A stretch of 30,161 nt of DNA from Oligoflexus sp. (GTDB taxonomy: Bacteria > Bdellovibrionota_B > Oligoflexia > Oligoflexales > Oligoflexaceae), in contig JBGSTX010000322.1 of NCBI GenBank assembly GCA_041736305.1, positions 1 to 30,161 of the forward strand, read 5' to 3'. The position numbers and the translations under genes are program-made. This document shows, one piece after another, positions 1 to 10,000 of this stretch (within the stretch, counting starts at the first letter, position 1; every line of letters begins with the position of its first letter). Under the pieces are notes generated by a model. The model was not told where the DNA came from and did not search any database. It saw only the letters and a program-made list of their open reading frames with translations.

Positions 1-2
1 AG

Positions 3-458
3 CTGATTACTTTTGCTAAGCCCGCTGAATTCGAGAAACTCATCGACGTCAATCTGAAGTCGACCTTTCACTTGACCAAGGCCGTCTCGCGGGTCATGAT
101 CAAACAAAAGTCAGGTCGCATCATCAATATTACCTCTGTCGTTGGCCACCTTGGTAACGCCGGCCAAAGTATGTATGCAGCGACTAAGGGCGCTATCACG
201 GCTTTCACGAAGAGCATAGCTGCGGATCTTGCACCCTTCGGGATTCTTGCCAATTGCGTCGCGCCTGGCTTCATCAAGACCGACATGACCGGAGAATTGC
301 CTGCAGAAGCTCAAGAAGCAATTCTCGGCCGCGTTCCGCTGAAACGTCTTGGTACTCCCGAAGAGGTGGCGGCGTGCGTCAGCTTCTTAGCTTCGCCAGG
401 TGCCAGCTACATCACGGGCTCGACCATTCACGTCAATGGTGGGATGTACCCCAATTGA
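3..458 (+). CDS. fabG: 3-oxoacyl-ACP reductase (SDR family), 5'-truncated by window edge
   Basis: Frame is open from base 3 (LITFAKPAEFEKLIDVNLKS...). SDR motifs GRIINITSVVG, catalytic YAATK, NCVAPGFIKTDMT, YITGSTIHVNGG. Adjacent to a fabH-like gene. Confidence 0.92.
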   Translation: MITFAKPAEFEKLIDVNLKSTFHLTKAVSRVMIKQKSGRIINITSVVGHLGNAGQSMYAATKGAITAFTKSIAADLAPFGILANCVAPGFIKTDMTGELPAEAQEAILGRVPLKRLGTPEEVAACVSFLASPGASYITGSTIHVNGGMYPN

Positions 459-475
459 AAGAGGAGAACCCTACC

Positions 476-1486
476 ATGCGTCCAGCTACTTACATTCACG
501 CTTTAGGCCATTATCATCCTGAAAATGTCCTTGAAAATAGTTTCTTCGACGAGTTGGACATCGGATCACAGGGCGACTGGGTTGAAGAGCGAACGGGCAT
601 CCAGGCTCGTCGCAGCGTCTTGCAGAAGGATGACATCCGGGCACTGAGGAGCGGTGACAGCACTTTAGAAAAGCTGCGAGCCGAAGGCAAGGTGCTACCG
701 ATTTCCGATATGGCCGAGCGAGCCTGGGTCGTGTTGAAGGAACGTTATCCGGAACTGAAAGTCTCGCAAATCGATGCTCTGATTTGCGGTACCTCGATTC
801 CTGACTACGCGATTCCTGCCAACGGCAGCACGATTGCCGCTCGCTTGGGGCTCGGTTGTCTGGCTTTCGACGCAAACTCGGCATGTAGTTCATTTGTGCT
901 CGATCTGCATCTGGCACGGAGCCTCATCGCCTCCGAAGCTCATAAGAAAATCGCGATTTTTAATCCCGAACGATATTCTCTGCGGGTCGACTTTCGGGAC
1001 CGGAATTCCTGCATCCTTTTCGGTGATGGCTGTGCAGCGGCTCTGGTTTCTTCCGTTGCCAAACCCGGATCCCTCAAAGTGATCGATACTCTTATAGCCT
1101 CTGACCCTGCCGGTTACGATTTAGTGAAGATCCCTGAGCATGGACTCTTTTCGCAAAACGGCAAAGCCGTCCAAAAATTTGCAATTACTAAAACGATCGA
1201 AGCTACCGAGCAAATCCTCGCAAGGAATAATCTAGCTCCGAGTGACATTCAGTACTTCACTGGTCACCAAGCCAATCTGCGCATGGTGACATCCGCAGCC
1301 GATAGACTTGGAATCTCCCCTGATCGCCATCTTCACAATGTCGCTCAACTCGGCAATCAGGGTGCGGCGGGAGCACCAGCCGTACTTTCCATGCATTGGG
1401 ATCTCTTCAAACCCGGAGACTTGATCGTTCTAGCGGTAGTGGGAAGTGGATTGACCTGGGGCTCTGCCCTATTGCAAAAGGTATAG
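476..1486 (+). CDS. fabH: 3-oxoacyl-ACP synthase III (FabH/KAS III family)
   Basis: Likely start is ATG 476 after the GAGGAG RBS, not 254. Catalytic triad motifs ANSACSSF (Cys), GHQAN (His), GNQGAA (Asn); also LFGDG and GSGLTWG. Confidence 0.85.
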   Translation: MRPATYIHALGHYHPENVLENSFFDELDIGSQGDWVEERTGIQARRSVLQKDDIRALRSGDSTLEKLRAEGKVLPISDMAERAWVVLKERYPELKVSQIDALICGTSIPDYAIPANGSTIAARLGLGCLAFDANSACSSFVLDLHLARSLIASEAHKKIAIFNPERYSLRVDFRDRNSCILFGDGCAAALVSSVAKPGSLKVIDTLIASDPAGYDLVKIPEHGLFSQNGKAVQKFAITKTIEATEQILARNNLAPSDIQYFTGHQANLRMVTSAADRLGISPDRHLHNVAQLGNQGAAGAPAVLSMHWDLFKPGDLIVLAVVGSGLTWGSALLQKV

Positions 1487-1583
1487 TGTCGGGTCACGTT
1501 CCGCCCTTGGTTTCGTCCCCTGACATCAAAGGCGCCAGTCTGAATAAAATGGCTTGGCGCCCTACACCTGAAAGGGGCTCGGC

Positions 1584-2378
1584 ATGCGGATATTGCTTTC
1601 CTCACTTGCGGCCGCAATGATCTCGGTTTTCGTATATTCCTGCTCAACTACTCCTGAAACTAATCGGACCCAGCTCAGTCTCGTACCCGACGCCCAGGTC
1701 AACGCCCTCGGTGAAGAAGCCTATAAAGATCTTCTGTCCAAGTCTAAGCTTTCGCAAAATAAGGCGCTGAACGAAGAAGTGAAAATAATTGGTCAACGCA
1801 TTGCCAAAGCGAGTGGGGCCAATTTCGACTGGGAATTTAATGTGCTCGACGATCCCAAGACCGTGAACGCTTTTTGTTTGCCTGGCGGCAAAGTCGGCGT
1901 CTACACGGGGATTATCCCTATAGCTGAAAACACCGCTGGCCTTGCAGCGATCATGGGTCACGAAGTTGCTCATGCAGTTCTCAGGCATTCTGCGGAGCGA
2001 ATGAGCCAGCAGATGGTTATGCAGCTGGGAATGGCTCTGGCGACAGTCAGTTTTGCGAATTCTAAGTATAGGGATCTCGTCGCCGGCGCTCTGGGAGTAG
2101 GAACCGTTTATGGCATCACCTTACCCTTCAGCCGTTTTCATGAAGCCGAGGCTGATCGCTTGGGTCTCGAATATATGGCTAAGGCCGGTTATGATCCTAG
2201 TGAAGCTGTTCAGCTTTGGTATCGTATGGCCGAAGAAGGTTCGGGTGAACGTCCTCCCGAGTTGCTCTCGACTCACCCTGATCCTGCCAAGCGCGCTAAG
2301 GAATTGCAGGGACAGTTGCCTAAGGTGATGGCTATCTATCAAAACAGCCCGACCCGATCCACTATGCAGAAGCTTTAA
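1584..2378 (+). CDS. M48 family zinc metallopeptidase, probable lipoprotein
   Basis: Signal peptide with lipobox-like VYSC; NAFCLPGGK, HEVAH (HExxH), FSRFHEAEAD and LSTHP motifs. Confidence 0.92.
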   Translation: MRILLSSLAAAMISVFVYSCSTTPETNRTQLSLVPDAQVNALGEEAYKDLLSKSKLSQNKALNEEVKIIGQRIAKASGANFDWEFNVLDDPKTVNAFCLPGGKVGVYTGIIPIAENTAGLAAIMGHEVAHAVLRHSAERMSQQMVMQLGMALATVSFANSKYRDLVAGALGVGTVYGITLPFSRFHEAEADRLGLEYMAKAGYDPSEAVQLWYRMAEEGSGERPPELLSTHPDPAKRAKELQGQLPKVMAIYQNSPTRSTMQKL

Positions 2379-2482
2379 AATAGGTCTTATGTCAAAAAGA
2401 GCCTCTGCTAAGACTGGCATGGAGGTACTTGCATTTGCAGGCGCTCTGAATTAGCCTGGGACCTCAGTTTTAGGGGGTCTTT

Positions 2483-3703
2483 TTGAAGCAGGTTGAACTG
2501 GCGAGTCTGGGACTTTATTATCACATTCCTTTTTGCAGCAGGCTTTGTCATTACTGCGACTTTGTGAAGACGGCGCTCTTTGATGGCGAACACAAGAGCC
2601 TCTACGTCGACGCCCTGAAAAGACGGACCGAAGACTGGTTTTCGCGTTGGGAAGAATGGGACTCAGATAGAAAATGCACCTCCGTCTTTTTCGGAGGCGG
2701 TACTCCCAGCCTCTTGGATCAGGAATATGAGCCTCTTTTTCAGACTCTAGCCCCTCACCTGGAGGAAGGGGCCGAGATAAGTTTGGAAGCCAATCCCGAA
2801 CATATCTCGCGCCCGCGGCTGGACATCTGGAAGTCTCTCGGCATCAATCGCCTCTCGCTCGGTGTGCAGTCATTTCAGGAAGCTGGGCTCAAGTTTCTAA
2901 CCCGCGAACATAGCCCCTCGGAAGCCGCCGTAGCTGTGAGTCTGGCACGTGAGCTTATCGCTAACGTGAATATTGACCTTATTTACGGCTGGCCAGGCCA
3001 GACGGTTTCGATGTGGAAGGACGATCTCGAACGAGCCCTCGCGCTGGGAGCGACTCACCTCAGCCTCTATTCACTGACCTATGAGGGCCACACCCCGATA
3101 GCCAGGCGCGTTCAGAGAGGAGTTCTATCACCCGCAGCGGATGATGCCCTTGTCGAGCTTTACGAGCTGGCCTGCGAGCGTATGGCGCGCGCGGGGATGA
3201 TTCACGAAGAGGTTTCCAACTGGGCTTTGCCTGGCTTTCAGAGTCGGCATAACTCGCTATATTGGCATGGTTCGAACTATATTGGAATTGGTTCCGGAAG
3301 CCATAGCTATCTTAACTCACTGGGACCATGGGGACAGCGATGGAAGCAGAACTCTTCCTGGCGCTCATTTGCGGCCGTAAAGCCAGAGCCTCGTAGGCCT
3401 AGCTGTCTCGACGAACTTCTAGGCTTCTCGGACTATGAACTTGAAGAAGATCGTGACGCAGAAGCCTATATTTTGGAGACGATAAGTTCGAGTCTGAGGA
3501 CTTTACGTGGCGTGAATCTTGATGCCTTATGCAAGAAAACTGGATATATATGGAAGCCCCGTCCCTCAGTCGTAAAAGCTTTTGAAGGGCAGCTCCTGAC
3601 TCTCGATGCCGGAGGTCAGTTGAAGCTTAGGGAATCTGAATGGTTTCGCGAGAGCGCTTGGGCTCTCGAGCTCAGTCTGTCGCTTGAAAAGGGAATATCC
3701 TGA
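2483..3703 (+). CDS. hemW: Radical SAM heme chaperone HemW (HemN-like)
   Basis: YYHIPFCSRLCHYCDF (CxxxCxxC), FFGGGTPS, EANP, NRLSLGVQSF, DLIYGWPGQ, HNSLYW. TTG start. Confidence 0.85.
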   Translation: MKQVELASLGLYYHIPFCSRLCHYCDFVKTALFDGEHKSLYVDALKRRTEDWFSRWEEWDSDRKCTSVFFGGGTPSLLDQEYEPLFQTLAPHLEEGAEISLEANPEHISRPRLDIWKSLGINRLSLGVQSFQEAGLKFLTREHSPSEAAVAVSLARELIANVNIDLIYGWPGQTVSMWKDDLERALALGATHLSLYSLTYEGHTPIARRVQRGVLSPAADDALVELYELACERMARAGMIHEEVSNWALPGFQSRHNSLYWHGSNYIGIGSGSHSYLNSLGPWGQRWKQNSSWRSFAAVKPEPRRPSCLDELLGFSDYELEEDRDAEAYILETISSSLRTLRGVNLDALCKKTGYIWKPRPSVVKAFEGQLLTLDAGGQLKLRESEWFRESAWALELSLSLEKGIS

Positions 3704-3769
3704 CAAAGCCAGCTTAGCGTACAATATCGGAAAAACGAAGTCACCTTGTTAGAAGAAAAAGAGGCTTTT

Positions 3770-5254
3770 ATGGAGCTGCTAAAAAAGTTACATGAAATTC
3801 GTCGCCGGACTGGAACGGCCCAGACTCTGGGACTTGAAGACTCCATTATCGAATCTTTCGCCAAGGTCGATCGCCAGCTGGTGCTAGCCATCGACGGAGC
3901 CTACGAAGAATTTCTGCGGCTTGAGAAAGAATTCGGGTCGAAACTTCTGCTCAATGAAGCGGAAATGATTTCTTATATACAAAGTGAATTCGTTAACTTC
4001 TATGAAGAAGACGCCATCAATCCCTACGTGAGCCTACAGGCTCAAGGACCTTGGCTGATTACGGTGCACGGTGCGGTCTTGCACGACTCGGGCGGTTACG
4101 GAATGCTCGGTTTCGGTCATGCGCCCGAAAAAGTTCTCGACGCCATGGCCCAGCCCCACGTCATGGCCAATGTGATGACAGCAAATTTCAGTCAGAAGCG
4201 CATAACGGAAGCGCTGAACAAAGAGATTGGCCATACCCGCAGCGGGAAAGAAGCACCTTTTGCTCGCTATCTCTGCCTCAATAGCGGTTCGGAATCAGTG
4301 ACCGTTGCGGCCCGCATTGCGGATCTGCAGGCTAAGGTGTTCAGCGATCCAAAAGGTCGTTATGAGGGCCGCAAGATCTGCTTTCTCTCCTTGAAAGGTA
4401 GCTTTCACGGACGCACTGAACGTCCGGCCCAGGCATCTGATTCTTCTGCAAAGAATTATCAGCGACTAGCGACTTTTCGCGAACAACGCTTGGTCACCGT
4501 TGAAGTCAACAACATCTCGGATCTGCAGAAGGCTTTTGCCGACGCGGATAAGAATGGATACTTCTTCGAGCTGATGCTGATGGAGCCGGTCATGGGCGAA
4601 GGCAATCCGGGGATTGCCATCACGCCTGCCTTTTATAACGAAGCTCGGCGCCTGACTAAAGAGCACGGAACGCTGCTTATGATCGATTCGATCCAAGCTG
4701 GGCTGCGAGCTCAGGGTTGCCTCAGCATCTGCGATTATCCGGGTTTTGAGAAGTCGGCTGCGCCTGACATGGAGACCTATTCGAAGGCGGTCAACGCCGG
4801 GCAGTACCCTCTGTCCATCTTAGCGCTCAATCAAACGACCGCCGACCTCTATGTGCGAGGTATCTACGGGAATACCATGACCACCAATCCACGGGCTCTC
4901 GACGTGGCCTATGCGGTTCTGAATATGGTGACACCAGAGCTGCGCACGAACATCAGAGAGCGAGGCGAAGAGATTCTGCAGAAGTTCCGCCTGCTGCAAA
5001 AAGAATTTCCTGGCGTTGTGACTGATGCGACGGGGACCGGATTGCTCTGCGCCTTGCACCTCAATCCGAACGGCTACAAGGTAGTCGGCAAGAAGGGAAT
5101 CGAAACCTGGCTCAGGATGCATGGTATCGGCGTGATTCACGGAGGCAAGAATGCCCTGCGCTTTACCCCTCACTTTCGTATCAATTCCCTGGAGATTGAT
5201 CTCATCATGGACAAGATTCGCCTGGCTTTGAAGCAAGGCCCCATCTACGTCTGA
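3770..5254 (+). CDS. Class III PLP-dependent aminotransferase, resembling L-lysine 6-aminotransferase of the Flavobacterium lutescens/Xanthomonadales type
   Basis: NSGSES, GSFHGRT, EPVMGEG, DSIQAG, ETYSKA (PLP Lys), GNTMTTNPRALDVA, LRFTPHF. ATG 3770 after GAGG is preferred over TTG 3746. The subfamily call is from recalled sequence similarity. Confidence 0.85.
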   Translation: MELLKKLHEIRRRTGTAQTLGLEDSIIESFAKVDRQLVLAIDGAYEEFLRLEKEFGSKLLLNEAEMISYIQSEFVNFYEEDAINPYVSLQAQGPWLITVHGAVLHDSGGYGMLGFGHAPEKVLDAMAQPHVMANVMTANFSQKRITEALNKEIGHTRSGKEAPFARYLCLNSGSESVTVAARIADLQAKVFSDPKGRYEGRKICFLSLKGSFHGRTERPAQASDSSAKNYQRLATFREQRLVTVEVNNISDLQKAFADADKNGYFFELMLMEPVMGEGNPGIAITPAFYNEARRLTKEHGTLLMIDSIQAGLRAQGCLSICDYPGFEKSAAPDMETYSKAVNAGQYPLSILALNQTTADLYVRGIYGNTMTTNPRALDVAYAVLNMVTPELRTNIRERGEEILQKFRLLQKEFPGVVTDATGTGLLCALHLNPNGYKVVGKKGIETWLRMHGIGVIHGGKNALRFTPHFRINSLEIDLIMDKIRLALKQGPIYV

Positions 5255-5266
5255 TTGCTTTCCGCC

Positions 5267-5288
5267 GCTCCGCGCAGCCTCGCGGAGC
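5267..5288 (+). terminator. GC-rich hairpin just downstream of the aminotransferase; possible terminator
   Basis: GCTCCGCG-cagcct-CGCGGAGC is a perfect 8-bp stem 13 nt after the stop. There is no clear T-tract. Confidence 0.3.
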
Positions 5289-5537
5289 CTCTCTCCTAGC
5301 ATTTCCACCTTTTGGTCATTGATGGCATCTATAAGTTGGACGGCGAGGGTCATCCTGTCTTTCATAGAATCCCTGAGCAGCCTCGACAACTTGTTTCATG
5401 CTAAGTTAGCGCAAATCAAGACTAGCTTCCTTCTCGACTTTCCACTCTTAGGACTAGGCACTGAAGCACACAAAAAATTCTGGTAAAGTTCCGGGGCCGC
5501 TACTGGTCCCGAGATTTTGGTACCTAGGCCTAACTAT

Positions 5538-6842
5538 CTACCGACTCATCATCCTTTTCAAATAATCTCTAAACGACTGCAGTGGAGCCGTGTTTGGTGT
5601 AGGCCCTCCGCTCTCAAGCTGAACCAGGTAGCCGTCAATCTCTGAAATAAGGGCTTTGACGCGTTCGGTGTGGGCTTCAGTCCCTGGTTTGTATTCGAAT
5701 CGATGAGCCCGAACCTCTTCTGTGAAAGAGCCATCAGGATTGAAGGTGAAGAGGTAGTTGCTACGGCGATTTGGTGAAACAATCTTGTAGATAAATTCGG
5801 CCGGATCAGCCTTATAGGTAATAGTAAGACTATCAGATAGCATTACATTGAGGGCAAGTTCGACTTCTTGCCCAGGGATCCACTCATACTCGCTGCCTTG
5901 TATTGTAAAATCATCGGTGAGCGGAACCTCGAACTGAGGTCCTTGGTCTCCGTCGAGCAAACAAGTAGGAAATAGCAGGGCCTTCTCGTCTATTGCTCCG
6001 CGTAGCTCTGGGGTCAGCACATTTCGCTCAAGGTCCACAAGCCTGATGTGCCATAGGGTACCTGCAATGACCTTGAACTCAGGATTATCACAGCTCGCAG
6101 AAGTATTTTTTTCCCATTCGGCCATTTTCTCGAGAATATAATTGGCTTTGCCAACTAGATCGCCAGCATCAATGTGGTCTGCTGTCGAACACTCCATGTT
6201 TTCAACCCTATAATCCTTCACGATCTCAGTAATCACGATACTTCCATCGGGAGTAAGTGCTTCTCTCACTTGTGTACCAATCTTTTGCTGCAGGCTCGCT
6301 ATCAATGAATTTGAGTCGCTTGCAACTTGCGCTTTAGTAAGGCCAAGTTGTGAGAAGGTTTTCTTGTTTTCGATAGATTGGGTTGGCGCAGAGGGAAATT
6401 CAGCAGTTTCAAAGTATTCTTCAGTGATAGACTCTTGGTATGTACCAATACAATCTCCTCTATAAGTTAGCTTACCTCTATTTTTTGAACTCCAGTCTCC
6501 AGTAGTGTTCATCTGCGGATTGCTAAAATTTGGATTTGAAGCAACGATGCCAGCCCCGTGCTCGGTACACATATTCATGTAATCTCTGAAAGCGCCCGCC
6601 TTTGACTCGTTTCGAGGTCCCTCTATAAAAACTGGGGGGATTTCGCGAGGCTCTTGAAATGTTCGAAACTTCTTAAGTTGTCTTTTAGCAACTGTCGATG
6701 ACTCAACGACTATGGACTCCATAAGCGTCCAGCTTCCAAGGCAAAGCTGATTTTTTCCTCGTTCCTCGAGACTGGGGCTTGCGGATATGGCTAAGGAGCT
6801 CCATGTAGAGACCACTAAAACTGGAAAGTAGCGAGATAGCAT
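5538..6842 (-). CDS. Hypothetical secreted protein (434 aa)
   Basis: Long ORF with a GAGG RBS upstream, a signal-peptide-like N-terminus (MLSRYFPVLVVSTWSSLAISA) and several Cys. No family recognised. Confidence 0.75.
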   Translation of the reverse strand: MLSRYFPVLVVSTWSSLAISASPSLEERGKNQLCLGSWTLMESIVVESSTVAKRQLKKFRTFQEPREIPPVFIEGPRNESKAGAFRDYMNMCTEHGAGIVASNPNFSNPQMNTTGDWSSKNRGKLTYRGDCIGTYQESITEEYFETAEFPSAPTQSIENKKTFSQLGLTKAQVASDSNSLIASLQQKIGTQVREALTPDGSIVITEIVKDYRVENMECSTADHIDAGDLVGKANYILEKMAEWEKNTSASCDNPEFKVIAGTLWHIRLVDLERNVLTPELRGAIDEKALLFPTCLLDGDQGPQFEVPLTDDFTIQGSEYEWIPGQEVELALNVMLSDSLTITYKADPAEFIYKIVSPNRRSNYLFTFNPDGSFTEEVRAHRFEYKPGTEAHTERVKALISEIDGYLVQLESGGPTPNTAPLQSFRDYLKRMMSR

Positions 6843-7064
6843 ACGATTATCCTCAGGAGGTGCTTGGCTTTAGGCTTAGCTTGTGGGACCCAATGCGCTT
6901 CAATTTAAGCACTTTTTCGCGAACCATCTAGGTCTTGCCTTGCCGAATGACTCGATATATAAACCAAGCCACACCAGCATTCCACGCTTATTTATCCGGG
7001 AAGAGACTGCCGCAAGATTGATGAAAGCAGCTGTGTGAATAGGCTAAACTAGGAGCTCACTATA

Positions 7065-10000
7065 ATGATTCGACTTTTCTTCATAGCTGCTTTTTTCTTC
7101 ACAGGATGCTCCGCTAAGAACGAAAAAGAGACATGGAAGATCAGTGAGATATCTGCGACTTGTCGTACGTCTTTTCAGACCAAATCTCTCTTCTTAAAGC
7201 TCAATCTTTGTAAGCAAGAAACGAAAATGCAGCTGCGGCTTGCAAATTGCCTCAGTGAGACTTGGACCAGCTGGAAAGCACAGACCGAAGCATGTCAAAG
7301 CGAGACAAAGTCAACGGCACTCAGCGCTTCTAGCTTCTTCCTCAATGAGGCCCTGAGCGAAATCGCTAGCCAACCGAATGTTGCTTCCCAGCAGCTTACA
7401 GAGCAGCTAAACGCTTTAGAGTTATGGCTCAGCTCGCTTCCATCCTCTCTTGATCTCTCAGAGTTCGAGTCTAGCTTTCAAAAAATCTATACCCGTGTGA
7501 CTAAGCAGTCATTGAACGTGATCCTAGCTGATTCAGCAGGTCAAGAAGCCGAGGCGAAACAGGTGACAAACGCTCTGGGCCTGCTGGAAGCCGGCCTTGC
7601 CCAGAGGGACTCTGGAATTTATACCGATCTTTTTCTCATTCAAGGTCTCAACGATCTTCTTACCTCCATCGAACCAAAGCTTCTCGTTATTTTGAAAGTC
7701 CGTGAGCTTACCTGCAACTTCGGCCCCTGTGAAAATGAACAGAGTGGGCTCCGATCATTCCTCGCTGATGTCTCCAGCCTAGGGAACATTTGGAGTGAAA
7801 GTTCATCAGTCTTAACGCCTACCGGTATCTATTCCAAAGCGCAGCAGATTCTTGCTTCGAACCGTGAACGTCTGCAAACAGCTATTGCTCGCTACAGAAA
7901 TGCTCTGCCATCAGGTATCGATAAGTCACGTCTCTACGATTTAGATCAGACGTTGGAACGCTTTCGCAGTTTCGAACAGGAGCTAAATTTACCCAAAAGT
8001 CCTGTCGCTAGTGCTCGTAATTTAGTCTTCGGACTCTCGCGTGAAAGTTCTGATCGCATAGCGAGTTATCTCTTTGATAACAGCCGTTCGCTTAAGATTC
8101 TTGCGTCGGAATACCGGGGGGCAACCCGAGAGGCTCTTCAGTCTCTCAAGCAAAACGTCTCAAATAAGCTAGCGCTCAATGCGGTCCTGCTCGAGCAAAG
8201 TCTGCAAGTTCAAAATTTGGATAGACTTGAAAAAGAGATCTCTGGGCTGAGTTCAGCTTACCTCAGTGCCGAGGAAGAGTACGCTAAACTGCAGTCGAAG
8301 TTTAACCGCCTTGCCCTAAGCCCAGCAAGCCTCACCACCATGTGGGCAAGTGTGCCTCTCGCCGAAGGGGTTCAGGTTTCCGCTGGAGACGCTCGATATG
8401 ACGCAAACTCGAACGATGTTTTGCTGCCAGACCTTGCGGTTCGAGCTTTTGATCTCCAGGCGGGTGAAGCTCTAAATATTCAAATCGAAGGTGAGTGGGG
8501 CCCTAGCTGCGCCCTGTCTCGATACTCTTCAGACCTAGATGCGATGAATATTCTTAGTGGCCCAAATGGATATATCGTGATCCAAAACCAAGGCAAAAGT
8601 CGAGTAGAGTCCAGGGAAAATTTTTCGAGATTTGAAAGCAGTGCGGGGAGCAGCGAACGGGTCTCAGTTTGCGGCAACACCAGCGTAACTAGTACTTCGG
8701 GATTGAGTAGCGTGAGCTCGAGTCTAACAAGTTCACTTTGCAGTGAAAACTTCCTGGGAACGAGTGCATCAAGTGGTTTCTCAACTTCTGATCGTGACGA
8801 GAATTTTCTTTCGTCCAACCTCAATCTGCAGGGTGGTATAACGCTACCTGATACCCCCTTCCCGAAACTTCCTGCTGGTGCTCTGATAGCCGTCACCAGT
8901 AGCGCCGAGGGGCGCAACTATCAAGTCCTCAATCGAAGTAGCCGAATTGAAGTTCGGGAAGCGTCTCGCGTTTACTTAGTTGTCAACGACTGCAAAGACC
9001 AGTCTCTCGCATCTAGCTCGAATCTAACACTAGATATCTACAAAATGCAGCTATCTGACGGGCTTGTTCGTAGTGAACTTCTGGTAGCTCTTGAAAGCAT
9101 CAATAAACTCTATGAAGAAGCTATCAAGATATTGGCGACGGGAGTGGATATCGATGGTGAGCTGCAGCTCTTAGCACAGAAAGCGAGGGCAGAAATCTTT
9201 GCCCAGACTTCGACTTTTAGTCGCTTTGAGGTTGCCCGCCAGTACCTCGATCATCTTCTCCTATTTAAGACGCAGCAGCTGATGCGTAAAGCCAAGATAC
9301 TCGATCGGTCCTATCGATATGCCGCTGAATCCGCCCGCTTTCAAAGCAGCTTTCGCGATGTCCAGTCAAATTTGACTCAAAATGATTTATTGATTCTCGA
9401 GCTGAAAAAAATTGCCGAAGATCTTTCAGTCGCCTATGTGGGTCCAAAGCTAAACGACAGTAGCAATCAGCTGATAGAACAGATACTGCCAGTCATTTTC
9501 TTTCAAGCTGACCAATCTGATCTGGAACCCTTTATTGTGAACTCTTTGAGCAAGCTTAAAGCGTCCGTTCGACTCGAAGCTGACCTCGGTGAGATGACAA
9601 GAAACATGGCCGATCTTATGAACGATCTCGGGCTGGCTCTGACACAGACCAATCAGTTCTTTCGCTACCGAAATCAATATGATGATGTCCTGATCGCTGT
9701 ACCCCATCCTGAACTTGCGACGAGCGAGACTTTAAATCAAGGGACCCCTGCCTTGAGGGGGCGTTCCCAGCTGGCTCTGTGGCAGGCGTTGTTTGGGACG
9801 GCAAAGCAAGACCTCAGTCAGGTGGTGCTCCAGTTGGCAGCTTCGGAAGTCTACGGAGACCAGTTCGCCAGCGGTGGGATTTCCTGCAACTCCCGACAGC
9901 CAGTCATCGAGGATATCGCATTTGCTCTAGTTACCGACCAGACGGATCGTTCAAGAGATGATCTCAGGTCTAAAAGCCGAAACCTCGATTTTCCTGTCCG

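Noticed and set aside
254-475. 74-aa N-terminal extension of the 410-aa ORF
   Set aside because: It overlaps fabG in another frame. FabH similarity and an RBS both point to ATG 476.
4820-5389. 189-aa minus-strand ORF
   Set aside because: Mostly antisense to the aminotransferase; no recognisable motif or RBS.
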